Positions 54,043-63,214 of a stretch of DNA of 64,000 nt are shown here, piece after piece (position 1 is the stretch's first letter; each line of letters starts with the position of its first letter). The translations under genes were made by a program, and so were the position numbers. The DNA comes from an uncultured Thermoleophilia bacterium. Lineage in GTDB: Bacteria > Actinomycetota > Thermoleophilia > UBA2241. The stretch lies in NCBI GenBank assembly GCA_963831295.1, contig CAWHPR010000002.1:162011-226010 (forward strand), given 5' to 3'. The notes beneath the pieces are model-generated. The model saw nothing but the letters and a program-made list of their open reading frames with translations. It did not search any database and had not been told where the DNA came from.

Positions 54043-55203
54043 TCACTCCCCTTCCCGTGCCCGCAGGTCCTCCATCTTGCGCGCCACGATGTCGACGACG
54101 CCCTGGTGCGCCTTGACGAAGAGGTCGATGCCCTCGAGCTGCAGACGGCGCCCGACCTCCTCCATCTCGATCCCAAGGGCGCCCAGCTCGCGGAGCGTCC
54201 TGTGCGCGTCTTCGATGTGGCGGTCCACCGTGCGGGCCGGTCTGCCGTGGTCCCTGAAGGCCGCGAGCGTGGGCTCGGGCAGTGTGTTGACGGTGTGCGG
54301 TCCGATCAACTCGTCGACATAGAGCGTGTCGGAGTAGCCGGGGTCTTTCGTGCCGGTACTCGCCCACAGGACGCGCTGGATCTTGGCGCCGGCCGGCGCC
54401 AGCATCTGCCAGCGCGTCGCCGCGAGAAAAGCGGCGAAGCGCTCGTAGACGGCCTTCGAGTTGGCGACGCCGGCTCGACCCTTCAGGCCGTCCAGCCGGC
54501 GGCGCTCCGCCGGGTCCTGCGTCTCGGAGATCAGCCTGTCGAGCTCACCGTCGACCAGCGTGTCGACGCGCGAGACGAAGAAGCTGGCCACCGAGGAGCT
54601 GCCGCGGATCGTCTTGTCGCTGGTCAGGCGCTCTTCGAGGGCGTCGAGGTAGGCCTCGGCGACACGCTCGTACTGGGACATCGAGAAGAGCAGCGTGACG
54701 TTGATGTTGAGCCCGCCGACCAGGCAGTGCCGGATCGCGGGCACGCCCTCGCGGGTCCCGGGGATCTTCACCATGACGTTCGGCCGGTCGACGGCGGCGA
54801 ACAGCCGCTCGGCCTCGGCGATCGTCACCTCCGTGTCGAACGCCGCCGCGGGGTCGACCTCGATCGAGACGAAACCGTCCTCGCCGCCGCTGCTCAGGTA
54901 CACGGGCGCCAGCACGTCGCAGGCGGCGCGCACGTCGTCGACCGCGAGCCGGTCGAAGACCTCGGCGGGCGAAAGCCCCTGCCGGGCCAGTGCGGAGATC
55001 GCCTCGTCGTAGTCGTCGCCTAGTCCGATGGCCTTCTCGAAGATGGCCGGGTTCGAGGTCACCCCGCCGACGCCCTCCCGGTCGATGAGCCGCTGCAGGC
55101 GACCGCTGCGGACCAGCTCGCGGCTGATGTGGTCGAGCCACGGACTCTGGCCCAGCCGCGTGAGCTGGAGCAGGCGGTTCTGGGCTGTGCCGGGCATCGC
55201 CAT
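54043..55203 (-). CDS. tal: Transaldolase
   Basis: GQSPWLD, GVTSNPAIF, VMVKIPGT, NVTLLFS, LWASTGTK. Confidence 0.96.
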   Translation of the reverse strand: MAMPGTAQNRLLQLTRLGQSPWLDHISRELVRSGRLQRLIDREGVGGVTSNPAIFEKAIGLGDDYDEAISALARQGLSPAEVFDRLAVDDVRAACDVLAPVYLSSGGEDGFVSIEVDPAAAFDTEVTIAEAERLFAAVDRPNVMVKIPGTREGVPAIRHCLVGGLNINVTLLFSMSQYERVAEAYLDALEERLTSDKTIRGSSSVASFFVSRVDTLVDGELDRLISETQDPAERRRLDGLKGRAGVANSKAVYERFAAFLAATRWQMLAPAGAKIQRVLWASTGTKDPGYSDTLYVDELIGPHTVNTLPEPTLAAFRDHGRPARTVDRHIEDAHRTLRELGALGIEMEEVGRRLQLEGIDLFVKAHQGVVDIVARKMEDLRAREGE

Positions 55204-55361
55204 CAGTCTCCTCTCGAGAGCAGGGACTCAGCCCTGTCGTCGATGTCGTCCGGGGTGTACCCGGATCGGGATGTGAACTCGCCTCCGAGAGCGGAGACGC
55301 CAAGGCGATCGATGCCGCGCTCCTCGTGACCTGTCTCGCCAGGCGTCACGCGGGCAGTCAT
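55203..55361 (-). pseudogene. 52-aa ORF resembling the extreme C-terminus of transketolase (tkt remnant)
   Basis: GIDRLGVSALGGEFTSRSGYTPDDIDDRAESLL resembles the tkt tail GIDxFGxSAP...FGFTxExVxxxAxxLL. AAGGA RBS; TGATG overlap with tal. Confidence 0.65.
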
Positions 55362-55463
55362 GTCGCCGTCCTTCGCTCGTGGTGGCCGCGCCGGACGGCG
55401 CGGCCACAGGCTACTCAACGCGATTCGGGCGCGCTTTTCAAGGACGAATAAGGGGGTACGCCG

Positions 55464-55823
55464 TCAGCCCGCGCCGCGCTCGGGCACGATGCAGAGCAGC
55501 GCGAGGGGCTCGGCGCCGGTGTTCGTGTACTGATGGACGACGCCGGCCGGCACGAACGCCGACGAACCCTTCTCGATACCGTAGTCTTCGCCGTCCATGT
55601 GGAGCTCGCCCGCGCCTTCGGCGACGAAGTTGACGTGCGGCCAGTCGTGGGAGTGCCGCGGCGTGTGCCCGCCGGGGCCGATCTCGAAGAGCCGCAGCAC
55701 CCAACCCTCCCAGCCCTCGTCGGGCGAGATGAGGACACGCCTCATGACGTCCTTCACACCCTCGCCGGCCATCGGCTCGACCGCCACCGAGCCGGGGCCG
55801 CGCACCACCTTGGTCTCGCTCAT
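55464..55823 (-). CDS. Cupin_2 domain protein
   Basis: GGHTPRHSHDWPH...EG.G...VPAGVVHQYTN. Confidence 0.88.
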   Translation of the reverse strand: MSETKVVRGPGSVAVEPMAGEGVKDVMRRVLISPDEGWEGWVLRLFEIGPGGHTPRHSHDWPHVNFVAEGAGELHMDGEDYGIEKGSSAFVPAGVVHQYTNTGAEPLALLCIVPERGAG

Positions 55824-55867
55824 GCCGCCTCCGTTCTCATGGGCGCCGGCGCGGTCGCGCCGGCGCC

Positions 55868-57253
55868 TCACATCTTCTTGACGCCCTGGACGAGCCGGTT
55901 GGCCACATCCTGGGCGTCGCCGAAGACCATCCGCGTCGCGTCGCCGTAGAAGAGCCTGTTCTCGATGCCCGCGAAGCCCGTGCCCCGGCCTCTCTTGATG
56001 ATCAAAGCCGTGCCGGCCCTGTCCACATCGAGGATCGGCATCCCGAAGATGGGGCTGCCCTTGTCGTCACGGGCGGCGGGGTTCACGACGTCGTTGGCGC
56101 CGATGACCAGAGCGACGTCCGTCTGAGGGAACTCCGCGTTGATCTCGTCGAGGTCGTGGATCAGATCGTACGGCACACCCGCCTCGGCGAGCAAGACGTT
56201 CATGTGCCCCGGCATGCGACCGGCGACCGGGTGGATCGCGAACTTCACCGCGATGCCCTTGTCCTGCAGGACCCTGGCGAGCTCCCAGATCTTGTGCTGC
56301 GCCTGTGCCACCGCCATGCCGTAGCCCGGCACGATGATGACCTTCTGGGCGTAGGCCAGCGTGGCTGCGGCGTCACTCGGGGAAAGCTCCCTCATCGAGC
56401 CCTCGATGGCTGCCAGCTCGTCGCCCCCGTGTGCCCCGAACCCGGCGAAGAGCACGTTGGCCAGCGATCGGTTCATGGCTTTCGCCATCAGCTGCGTGAG
56501 CAAGGTGCCGGCGGCGCCGACGACCGTGCCGGCGATGATCAGGGCCGGGTTGCCCAGCACGTAGCCCTCGAGAGCCACGGCCAGGCCCGTCAGCGCGTTG
56601 AAGAGGCTGATGACCACCGGCATGTCGGCGCCGCCGATCGGCAGCGTCATCAGGATGCCGTACGCCAGCGCCAGCACGAAGAAGACGGTGAGCATCAGAT
56701 GCTCGGGCCCGGCGAGCAGATCGAGGTGCTGCAGCACCGTGACGGCGCCGAAGGCGACGGTGGCGACCAGGACGGCCCCGTTGAACAGGTGCTGCCCCGG
56801 GAAGAGGAAGGACTTCCTGACGAACCCCTGCAGCTTGGAGAAGGCGATCATGCTGCCGCTGAAGGCGACGGCGCCGACGAGCGCGCCCACGATCCCGAGC
56901 ACGGCAAAGCTGGCCGGCATCTGATGGAGACGCAGGAACTCGGCGGCGGCGATGCCTGCGGCGGCGCCGCCGCCCATGCCGTTGTAGACGGCGACCATCT
57001 GCGGCATGTCGGTCATCTTCACGCGCCGCCCGGCGAGCAGGGCGATCGTGCCGCCGACGGCGATGGCGATCACCATCAGGAGGTGGTTACCCATGTCGGG
57101 CGTGAGGAAGGTCGCGGCAGTGGCGAGCAGCATGCCGACGCCCGCCCACAGGATGCCCCGGCGGGCGCTGCGCGGCGAGCTCATGCCGCGCAGGCCGAGG
57201 ACGAAGAGCGCCGTCGCCGCGATGTAGCTCAGCTGAACGACGTCATTCCGCAT
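55868..57253 (-). CDS. pntB: NAD(P) transhydrogenase subunit beta
   Basis: MTDMPQMVA, VPGYGMAVAQAQH, HPVAGRMPGHMNV, GANDVVNPAA. Confidence 0.97.
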   Translation of the reverse strand: MRNDVVQLSYIAATALFVLGLRGMSSPRSARRGILWAGVGMLLATAATFLTPDMGNHLLMVIAIAVGGTIALLAGRRVKMTDMPQMVAVYNGMGGGAAAGIAAAEFLRLHQMPASFAVLGIVGALVGAVAFSGSMIAFSKLQGFVRKSFLFPGQHLFNGAVLVATVAFGAVTVLQHLDLLAGPEHLMLTVFFVLALAYGILMTLPIGGADMPVVISLFNALTGLAVALEGYVLGNPALIIAGTVVGAAGTLLTQLMAKAMNRSLANVLFAGFGAHGGDELAAIEGSMRELSPSDAAATLAYAQKVIIVPGYGMAVAQAQHKIWELARVLQDKGIAVKFAIHPVAGRMPGHMNVLLAEAGVPYDLIHDLDEINAEFPQTDVALVIGANDVVNPAARDDKGSPIFGMPILDVDRAGTALIIKRGRGTGFAGIENRLFYGDATRMVFGDAQDVANRLVQGVKKM

Positions 57254-57554
57254 CCGGGCCCGCCTTCTGCCGGTCCTGGCTGCTCCTGAACATCTCGAGC
57301 ATGCGTTCGGTCACCACGTAGCCACCGACCGCGTTCGCTGTGCCGAGGAGGACCGCGACGAAGCCGATGATGCGCTCGGGCGTCGAGTTTGCCGCCCCGA
57401 GCGCCACCATGGCCCCGACCACGACGATGCCGTGGACGAAGTTCGAGCCCGACATCAACGGCGTGTGCAGGATCACCGGCACGCGGCCGATGACCTCGTA
57501 GCCGGTGAACGCGGCGAGCAGGAAGATGAAGACCGCGACGTAGCCGTCGATCAT
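57243..57554 (-). CDS. pntAB: NAD(P) transhydrogenase subunit alpha, part 2
   Basis: LHTPLMSGSN, GGYVVTERMLEMF. Confidence 0.95.
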   Translation of the reverse strand: MIDGYVAVFIFLLAAFTGYEVIGRVPVILHTPLMSGSNFVHGIVVVGAMVALGAANSTPERIIGFVAVLLGTANAVGGYVVTERMLEMFRSSQDRQKAGPDAE

Positions 57555-57570
57555 GAGGCGCACTCCTCGA

Positions 57571-58701
57571 TCACGACGCGCCTCGCTCGATCCGCTCGCG
57601 GACGGCCTCGTTGGCGATGCGCCCGTCGCGGGTCAGCACGCTGCCGGCGACGACCTCGTCGTCCCAGTCGAGCGCGACCTCCCCGTCGGCGATCAGCGGG
57701 CCGACGAAGTTGAGCAGGTTGCGCGCGTACTGCTCGCTGGCGTGGACGGGGAGCAGCGCCGACACGTTGAACGGGCACTCGATGACGACGCCGCCGTGCT
57801 CGACGCGCTCGCCCGGGCGGCTCAGCTCGCAGTTGCCGCCACCCTCGGCGGCGAGGTCGACGATGACCGCCCCGGGTCTCATCCGCGCGACGGTGGCGGC
57901 GTCGATGAGGCGCGGTGCCGGCCGACCGGGGATCGCCGCCGTGGTGATCACGGCGTCGGCGGCGGCGACATGGTCGGCCACGACCGCCGCGGTCTGGGCC
58001 TTCTCCTCGTCGGTCAGCTCGCGCGCGTAGCCGCCCTCGACCTCGGCGTCGATGCCGGTGTCGATGAAGCGGCCGCCGAGCGACTGCACCTGCTCGCGCG
58101 TCGCCTGGCGCACGTCGTAGGCCTCGACCACGGCGCCGAGGCGCCTCGCCGTGGCGATCGCCTGCAGGCCGGCAACGCCGACGCCGAGCACGAGCACCTT
58201 GGCCGGTCGGATCGTGCCGGCCGGCGTCGTCAGCATCGGGAAGTAGCGCGGCGCCAGATCGGCCGCCAGGAGCGCAGCCTTGTAGCCGGCGATGGACGCC
58301 TGCGAGGTGAGCGCGTCCATCGCCTGAGCGCGCGTGATGCGCGGCAGCAGCTCGAGCGCGAAGCTCGTCGTGCCGCGTTCCGCCAGGGCGCGGACGGCGT
58401 CGGCCCCCCCGTAGGGGTCGAGGAGGCCGACGAGCACCGCGCCCGGCCGCAGCAGCGCGACGCGCTCGGGCGACGGCGGGCGCACGACGAGGACGACGTC
58501 GGCGTCGAGGACCGCGGCAGCGTCGTCGATGATGGTCGCGGCCCCGTACTCCTCGTCGAGGTAGTGGCTCGCGAGCCCGGCGCCGCGCTCGAGAAGCACC
58601 TCGAGCCCCAGCGCGGCGTAGCGCTCGGCCACGGCCGGCACCAGCGCGACACGGGTCTCCCCCGACGCCACTTCCTTCGCGACCCCGAGCCGAGCGGCCA
58701 T
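57571..58701 (-). CDS. pntAA: NAD(P) transhydrogenase subunit alpha, part 1
   Basis: ETRVALVP, PRITRAQAMD, GVGVAGLQAIATA, GGNCE. Confidence 0.96.
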   Translation of the reverse strand: MAARLGVAKEVASGETRVALVPAVAERYAALGLEVLLERGAGLASHYLDEEYGAATIIDDAAAVLDADVVLVVRPPSPERVALLRPGAVLVGLLDPYGGADAVRALAERGTTSFALELLPRITRAQAMDALTSQASIAGYKAALLAADLAPRYFPMLTTPAGTIRPAKVLVLGVGVAGLQAIATARRLGAVVEAYDVRQATREQVQSLGGRFIDTGIDAEVEGGYARELTDEEKAQTAAVVADHVAAADAVITTAAIPGRPAPRLIDAATVARMRPGAVIVDLAAEGGGNCELSRPGERVEHGGVVIECPFNVSALLPVHASEQYARNLLNFVGPLIADGEVALDWDDEVVAGSVLTRDGRIANEAVRERIERGAS

Positions 58702-58827
58702 CCATCCTCCTCATCTTGTCGTCGCCCGGGTCACTTCCCACTGCCGCCGCAGGGAAAACCAGCGAGCGCCGACGCAGGCCGGACGGCCGACCCGACGACG
58801 CACGACACTGCGGCGCGGAACGATGCC

Positions 58828-60615
58828 CTACGCGGGGAGCCGGCGAACGGCGACCGTGATCGAGTCAAGCCCCACATGGGTCGTGAGCACGGCGCCGGCC
58901 CGGACGACCGGCACGTCGTCGATCCCCAGTCGCCGACCGAGGCGGTCGGCGCAGAGAGCGGCGCCCGCCTCGTCGCCGCTGTGGACGACCATGGCGTGCG
59001 CCGGCCGACCGTCCGCCCAGCGAACGGCCCGACGCATAGCGGCCCGAAGGGCACGCTCCTGGCCGAGAGCGACGCCTCCCTTGCCGGCCTTCCCCTTCTC
59101 GTCGAAGACGATGATGGGCGACAGGCCGAGGCGGTCGATGACCGTCGCCAGCCGCGGCCCGACGCGCCCGCCGCGCACCGCAAACTCGAGAGAAGAGACG
59201 CTGCCGAACACCTTGACGTCGCGCTTGACCCGCTCGGCCACTGCTTGAGCCTCATCGAGGTCGGCGCCGGCCGCGATGGCGTCGCCGACGGCCTCCACGA
59301 CCAGACCGGCGCCGACCGAGACGGTGCAGCTGTCGATCACGCGCACGCGCCGCGGGTCGACCTCGCGGGCGGCCGCCGCGGCGGCCTGGACGGTCCCCGA
59401 CATCGCGCCGGCGATGTGGATCGAGAGCACGCCCTCGCGGTACTCGAGCAAGCGCCGGTAGGTCTCCACGAAGTCGTTCACCGCGGGCTGCGACGAGCGC
59501 GGCGCCGCGCTCGTCGCCTCGAGCCGGCGCACGTACGCATCGAGCGTGATGTCGACGCCGTCGAGGTACTCCTCCTCACCGATCGAGAGCGTCAGCGGGA
59601 CGGCCACGACGCCCATCCGAAAGACCTCGGCCTCGGGCAGGTCCGTGGTCGAGTCGGTGACGATGGCGAGGCTCGCCTCACGCCCGGCGAGCTGCTGCAG
59701 CACCATGTCGTCGACCTTGCTCTGCTCGACCTCCCCGAGCTCGGCCAGCGCCGTCAGGAAACGGTGCGGCTCGTTCGTGTGGATGTGGACGCGCAGGCGC
59801 CGGTCTCCGCCGGCGACGACGAGCGACTCGCCAAGACGACCGACCGCGCCGTTCACCGCTGCGCGCGAGAGCGGCGCCTCTCCCGGCGCCACCAGCATCG
59901 CTTCGGTGCAGTACCGGAAGCGCTCATCGATCTGCTCGTGGGTCTCCGAGAAGGGCGGCACGCCGCGCGCGGGCGCCACGCTCGGACTCCACACGTGCTC
60001 GCGCCCGAGCAACGCGTCGACGATGCCCTCGAGGAAGTAGACGAAGCCCTGGCCGCCCGCATCGACGACGTGGCTGCGCGCCAGCACCTCGAGCTGCCGG
60101 GGGGTATCGGCGAGCGCCTCACGGGCCGCGGCGAGGCCGGCCCGCATCATCTCGACGAAGTCATCGTCGAGGCGGCCACGGCGGCCCAGCTCGCGAGCCC
60201 ACGCGCGCAGCACCGAGAGGATCGTCCCCTCGCGGGGATCGGCGAGGGCGCCGTAGGCGGAGTCGGCCCCCGAGCGGGCGGCGTCGGCGAACTCATCGGA
60301 GCTGACCTCGTCGCGCCGGCCGATGCCGCCGGCCAGACCGTGCAGGAACTGCGCGAAGATGGCGCCCGAGTTGCCGCGGGCCCCGTCGAGGGCGCCCTCG
60401 GCGGCCGCCCTGGCGGCGTCGCCGACGCCGAGCGGCGCGCTCACAGCGCCGAGTCGCGCCGCGGCCGCCTTGAGCGTGGCCGCGAGGTTCGCGCCCGTGT
60501 CGGCGTCGCGGACGGGGAACACGTTGATGCGGTTCAGCTCTTCTTGCTCGCGCACCACCGCGAGCGTGCCGGCGCGCAACGCCCGCATGAAGAGCTGTCC
60601 GTCGATCCTGCGCAT
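58828..60615 (-). CDS. DAK2 (FakA-like)-DegV (FakB-like) fusion protein
   Basis: NVFPVRDADTGAN, ARGNSG, VVDAGGQG and YCTE, then DegV motifs VTDST.DL, SQP, SGT, RGGR, THVG. Confidence 0.9.
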   Translation of the reverse strand: MRRIDGQLFMRALRAGTLAVVREQEELNRINVFPVRDADTGANLAATLKAAAARLGAVSAPLGVGDAARAAAEGALDGARGNSGAIFAQFLHGLAGGIGRRDEVSSDEFADAARSGADSAYGALADPREGTILSVLRAWARELGRRGRLDDDFVEMMRAGLAAAREALADTPRQLEVLARSHVVDAGGQGFVYFLEGIVDALLGREHVWSPSVAPARGVPPFSETHEQIDERFRYCTEAMLVAPGEAPLSRAAVNGAVGRLGESLVVAGGDRRLRVHIHTNEPHRFLTALAELGEVEQSKVDDMVLQQLAGREASLAIVTDSTTDLPEAEVFRMGVVAVPLTLSIGEEEYLDGVDITLDAYVRRLEATSAAPRSSQPAVNDFVETYRRLLEYREGVLSIHIAGAMSGTVQAAAAAAREVDPRRVRVIDSCTVSVGAGLVVEAVGDAIAAGADLDEAQAVAERVKRDVKVFGSVSSLEFAVRGGRVGPRLATVIDRLGLSPIIVFDEKGKAGKGGVALGQERALRAAMRRAVRWADGRPAHAMVVHSGDEAGAALCADRLGRRLGIDDVPVVRAGAVLTTHVGLDSITVAVRRLPA

Positions 60616-60682
60616 CAGGACCCCGCTCCGTTGTCGTCCAGACCGCCGCGGCGATCAGGCCTCCGAGAGTGTATCCCCCGCC

Positions 60683-61189
60683 TCAGTCCCCGGAGGAACG
60701 CAGCTTGGCGAGCGCCTTGCGCCCGGCTTTCGTCGTCGACGAGTTCGGCTCGAGCGCCACCATGCGCCTCAGAGCTTTCTCGGCACGGGGGTCGCCGATG
60801 CGGCCCAGGGCCTGTGCGGCGATACGGCGGAGCAGCGCGTCCGGGTACTTCAGCGCCGCGCAGAGCGGCTCCACGGCAGCCGGGTCACGCATCTTGCCGA
60901 GAACGAAGGCGGCGTCCTGGCGACGGTGCGTGTGGCCCTTGCCGAGGATGAAGATGAGCCGGTCGCGGGCCGGCGCCCCGATGGCGACGAGCGCCGCTCT
61001 CGCGCCCTCCATCACTCGGATGTTCTTGCTGTCGAGTTGCTGGATCAGGTGATCGAGCCGCTCCTCGAGCGCCGCTCGCGCCTGCTCGGCGACCTCCGGG
61101 TCACGATACTGGGTGGCGCGCACCAGATGTATGGTGTCGCTACTGCCCTTGAGTTTCTCTACGTTCGGCCGCCTCAGAAAGATGGGCAC
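60683..61189 (-). CDS. HEAT-repeat protein
   Basis: Repeated RxxAAxxLGxxxDPxAxxxL units; GGAG RBS before the GTG. Confidence 0.8.
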   Translation of the reverse strand: MPIFLRRPNVEKLKGSSDTIHLVRATQYRDPEVAEQARAALEERLDHLIQQLDSKNIRVMEGARAALVAIGAPARDRLIFILGKGHTHRRQDAAFVLGKMRDPAAVEPLCAALKYPDALLRRIAAQALGRIGDPRAEKALRRMVALEPNSSTTKAGRKALAKLRSSGD

Positions 61190-61220
61190 GGCGCTCCTCT
61201 CGTCGCTGCGGACCGTCAGT

Positions 61221-62135
61221 CTAGCGCAGCACGCGGTTCGCGACATCGAGCAGGCGTCGCGGCAGCTCGCGATACGTCCTGACCGGGAAGACGTCGCCGT
61301 GCCCCGCGTCGGCCAGGCGACGGCAAAGCGCGGGGTCCATCTTGTAGTCCTCGGTGAGCAGCACGAAGAGACGGGGGAAGCGGTGGGCGGCCGGGACGGG
61401 GTCGCCCCCCACGGTCGCGACCCCGTCCGTGATGAGCAGACCCGCGCGGCGCGGATCGCGGCCGCGCTCGAGCTCGGCGGCGCCGAGCTCGAGCGCGGCC
61501 CTGATGTTCGTGTAGCCGCGCACCGGCTGGTCGAGCATGCGGCGCACCACCTCGACCGGCTGGTCTGCCGCGCCCAGCCGCGTCACCGCGCGGGCCTTGT
61601 CCTCGAAGACCACGACCGAGAGGTCCTCGGGGTGGATCTTCAGCGCGAGGACCGCGGCCGCCACCGCGGCGATCGCCATGTTCTCGCCCGACATCGAGAG
61701 AGAGGTGTCCACCATCAGCACGACCTGCTGGCGCCGCTCCTCACGGTGCACGCCCACCCAGTCGTCGGCCTCGGGGAAGGGCTTGCCGGCGATGTTCGCC
61801 AGCGTGCTCTCGACGTCGAGATCGCCGGCGTACGGCTCGCGCATCGGCTCGCGGACCTGCACGGTCGTGGAGCGCACGGGGCCGATGAGGCTGGCGGCGC
61901 GCGCCAGCACGGCGCGCGCCGCCAGCCGCTCGGCGTACGCGCGCAGGCCGAGGTCGCTGATCCGGCAGCCGCTGCGCGTGAGATTGACGGCGATCGACCA
62001 GCCGTCGAGATCCGCGACCGGTATCGCGTAACGCTCGGCGAGGGCCTCGAGCGGAGCGCCTCCGGCCGCCGCCTCAGGCAGGCAGACCGGGCTGTCGATC
62101 ACGAGACCGAAGCCGCGCGCCGGTGGGCGGCGCAC
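61221..62135 (-). CDS. von Willebrand factor A domain protein
   Basis: MIDAS DTSLSM, YTNI..AL, LITDG. Start uncertain. Confidence 0.85.
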   Translation of the reverse strand: MRRPPARGFGLVIDSPVCLPEAAAGGAPLEALAERYAIPVADLDGWSIAVNLTRSGCRISDLGLRAYAERLAARAVLARAASLIGPVRSTTVQVREPMREPYAGDLDVESTLANIAGKPFPEADDWVGVHREERRQQVVLMVDTSLSMSGENMAIAAVAAAVLALKIHPEDLSVVVFEDKARAVTRLGAADQPVEVVRRMLDQPVRGYTNIRAALELGAAELERGRDPRRAGLLITDGVATVGGDPVPAAHRFPRLFVLLTEDYKMDPALCRRLADAGHGDVFPVRTYRELPRRLLDVANRVLR

Positions 62136-62146
62136 GGCGGCCTCGC

Positions 62147-63043
62147 TCAGGCTTTTTTTGCCGCGTCCCGGGCCGCCGCCGCACGCTCGGCAGCCGCGGC
62201 GTCGGGATCCTCGCCGCGCTCGACGACCGCCTCGAAGAGCGCATCGAGAGCGGTCTCGAAGTCGGCGTCGATGTCGTCGCGCAGGTCCACGCGGGTGGCG
62301 AGCGCCGCCGACGCGGCGCGCCGAAGCGCATCATCGCCCTCCAGCCTGCCGGCGATGATGACGCTGGCGACCGCGGCGCGGACCGAGGCGCCCTTGCGGA
62401 ACGCCGGGTGGCTGCGCGTGGCGCGCGTGAGCCGCACGGCCGTGCGCACGAGATCGAGGTCGTCGCTGCCGGTCTCACGGCGCACGATGTCCGCCTCTTC
62501 GGCGGCGTCCTGGTAGGCGAGCGTGAGGTGTTCGAAGCGGTCGCGCAGGGCCTCAGACAGGTGACCGGTGGCCACGTACTCGACCGGGTTCTGTGTGGCC
62601 ACGACCTGGAACCCGGGCGCGGCGTGCACCACGCCGATGTGCGGCACGTGCAGGAGGCGTTCGTCGAGCGCGGGCAAGAGGACGTTCTGCACCGACTCCG
62701 GCATGCGGTTGAGCTCGTTGATGAAGAGCACCGAGCCGTCGCGCATCGCCTGGACGAGCGGCCCCGGGAAGAACGACGCCTCGCCGAACCCCGACTGCAG
62801 CACCAGCGGCGGGTCGAACCAGCCCGTCAGCTTGCCCTCGGAGTAGCGGTCGTCGCCGTCGACCCGGATCGTCGGGCGCTCGAGGTGTGCGCAGACCGCG
62901 AGGGCGACGGTCGTCTTGCCGACACCGACAGGGCCCTCGAGAAGCAGGTGCCGTCCCGCGCCGAGCACGGCGAGGGCCATGGCCAGTTCGCCGCCGCGAC
63001 CGACGATGCCGTGTTCGGCCTGGATCTGTTCGATGGGTGTCAC
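62147..63043 (-). CDS. MoxR-family AAA+ ATPase
   Basis: EGPVGVGKT, FINELNR, ATQNPVEY, EALRDRF; paired with the VWA gene. Confidence 0.9.
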   Translation of the reverse strand: MTPIEQIQAEHGIVGRGGELAMALAVLGAGRHLLLEGPVGVGKTTVALAVCAHLERPTIRVDGDDRYSEGKLTGWFDPPLVLQSGFGEASFFPGPLVQAMRDGSVLFINELNRMPESVQNVLLPALDERLLHVPHIGVVHAAPGFQVVATQNPVEYVATGHLSEALRDRFEHLTLAYQDAAEEADIVRRETGSDDLDLVRTAVRLTRATRSHPAFRKGASVRAAVASVIIAGRLEGDDALRRAASAALATRVDLRDDIDADFETALDALFEAVVERGEDPDAAAAERAAAARDAAKKA

Positions 63044-63214
63044 GTCGGAAGTCCCCTTCGCCGCGGGCCGCCTTTCGGCGAGCATCCTACTGCACCACGG
63101 GTCGCGGCTCCTCCCGGGCTTGCAGTGTGCCGGTCGGGGCCTGGACGAGGCGCAGACCGGCCGCCGGGCCGGTCATGACGCGGTGCCGTGCCGCGCTGGA
63201 GTACACTGGGTGGC

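Noticed and set aside
51366-54176. 936-aa ORF looking like a novel Pgi-Gnd fusion
   Set aside because: The true Pgi C-terminus is in another frame (stop at 52355) and gnd has its own RBS and ATG at 52265. One extra base near 52538 creates the apparent fusion.
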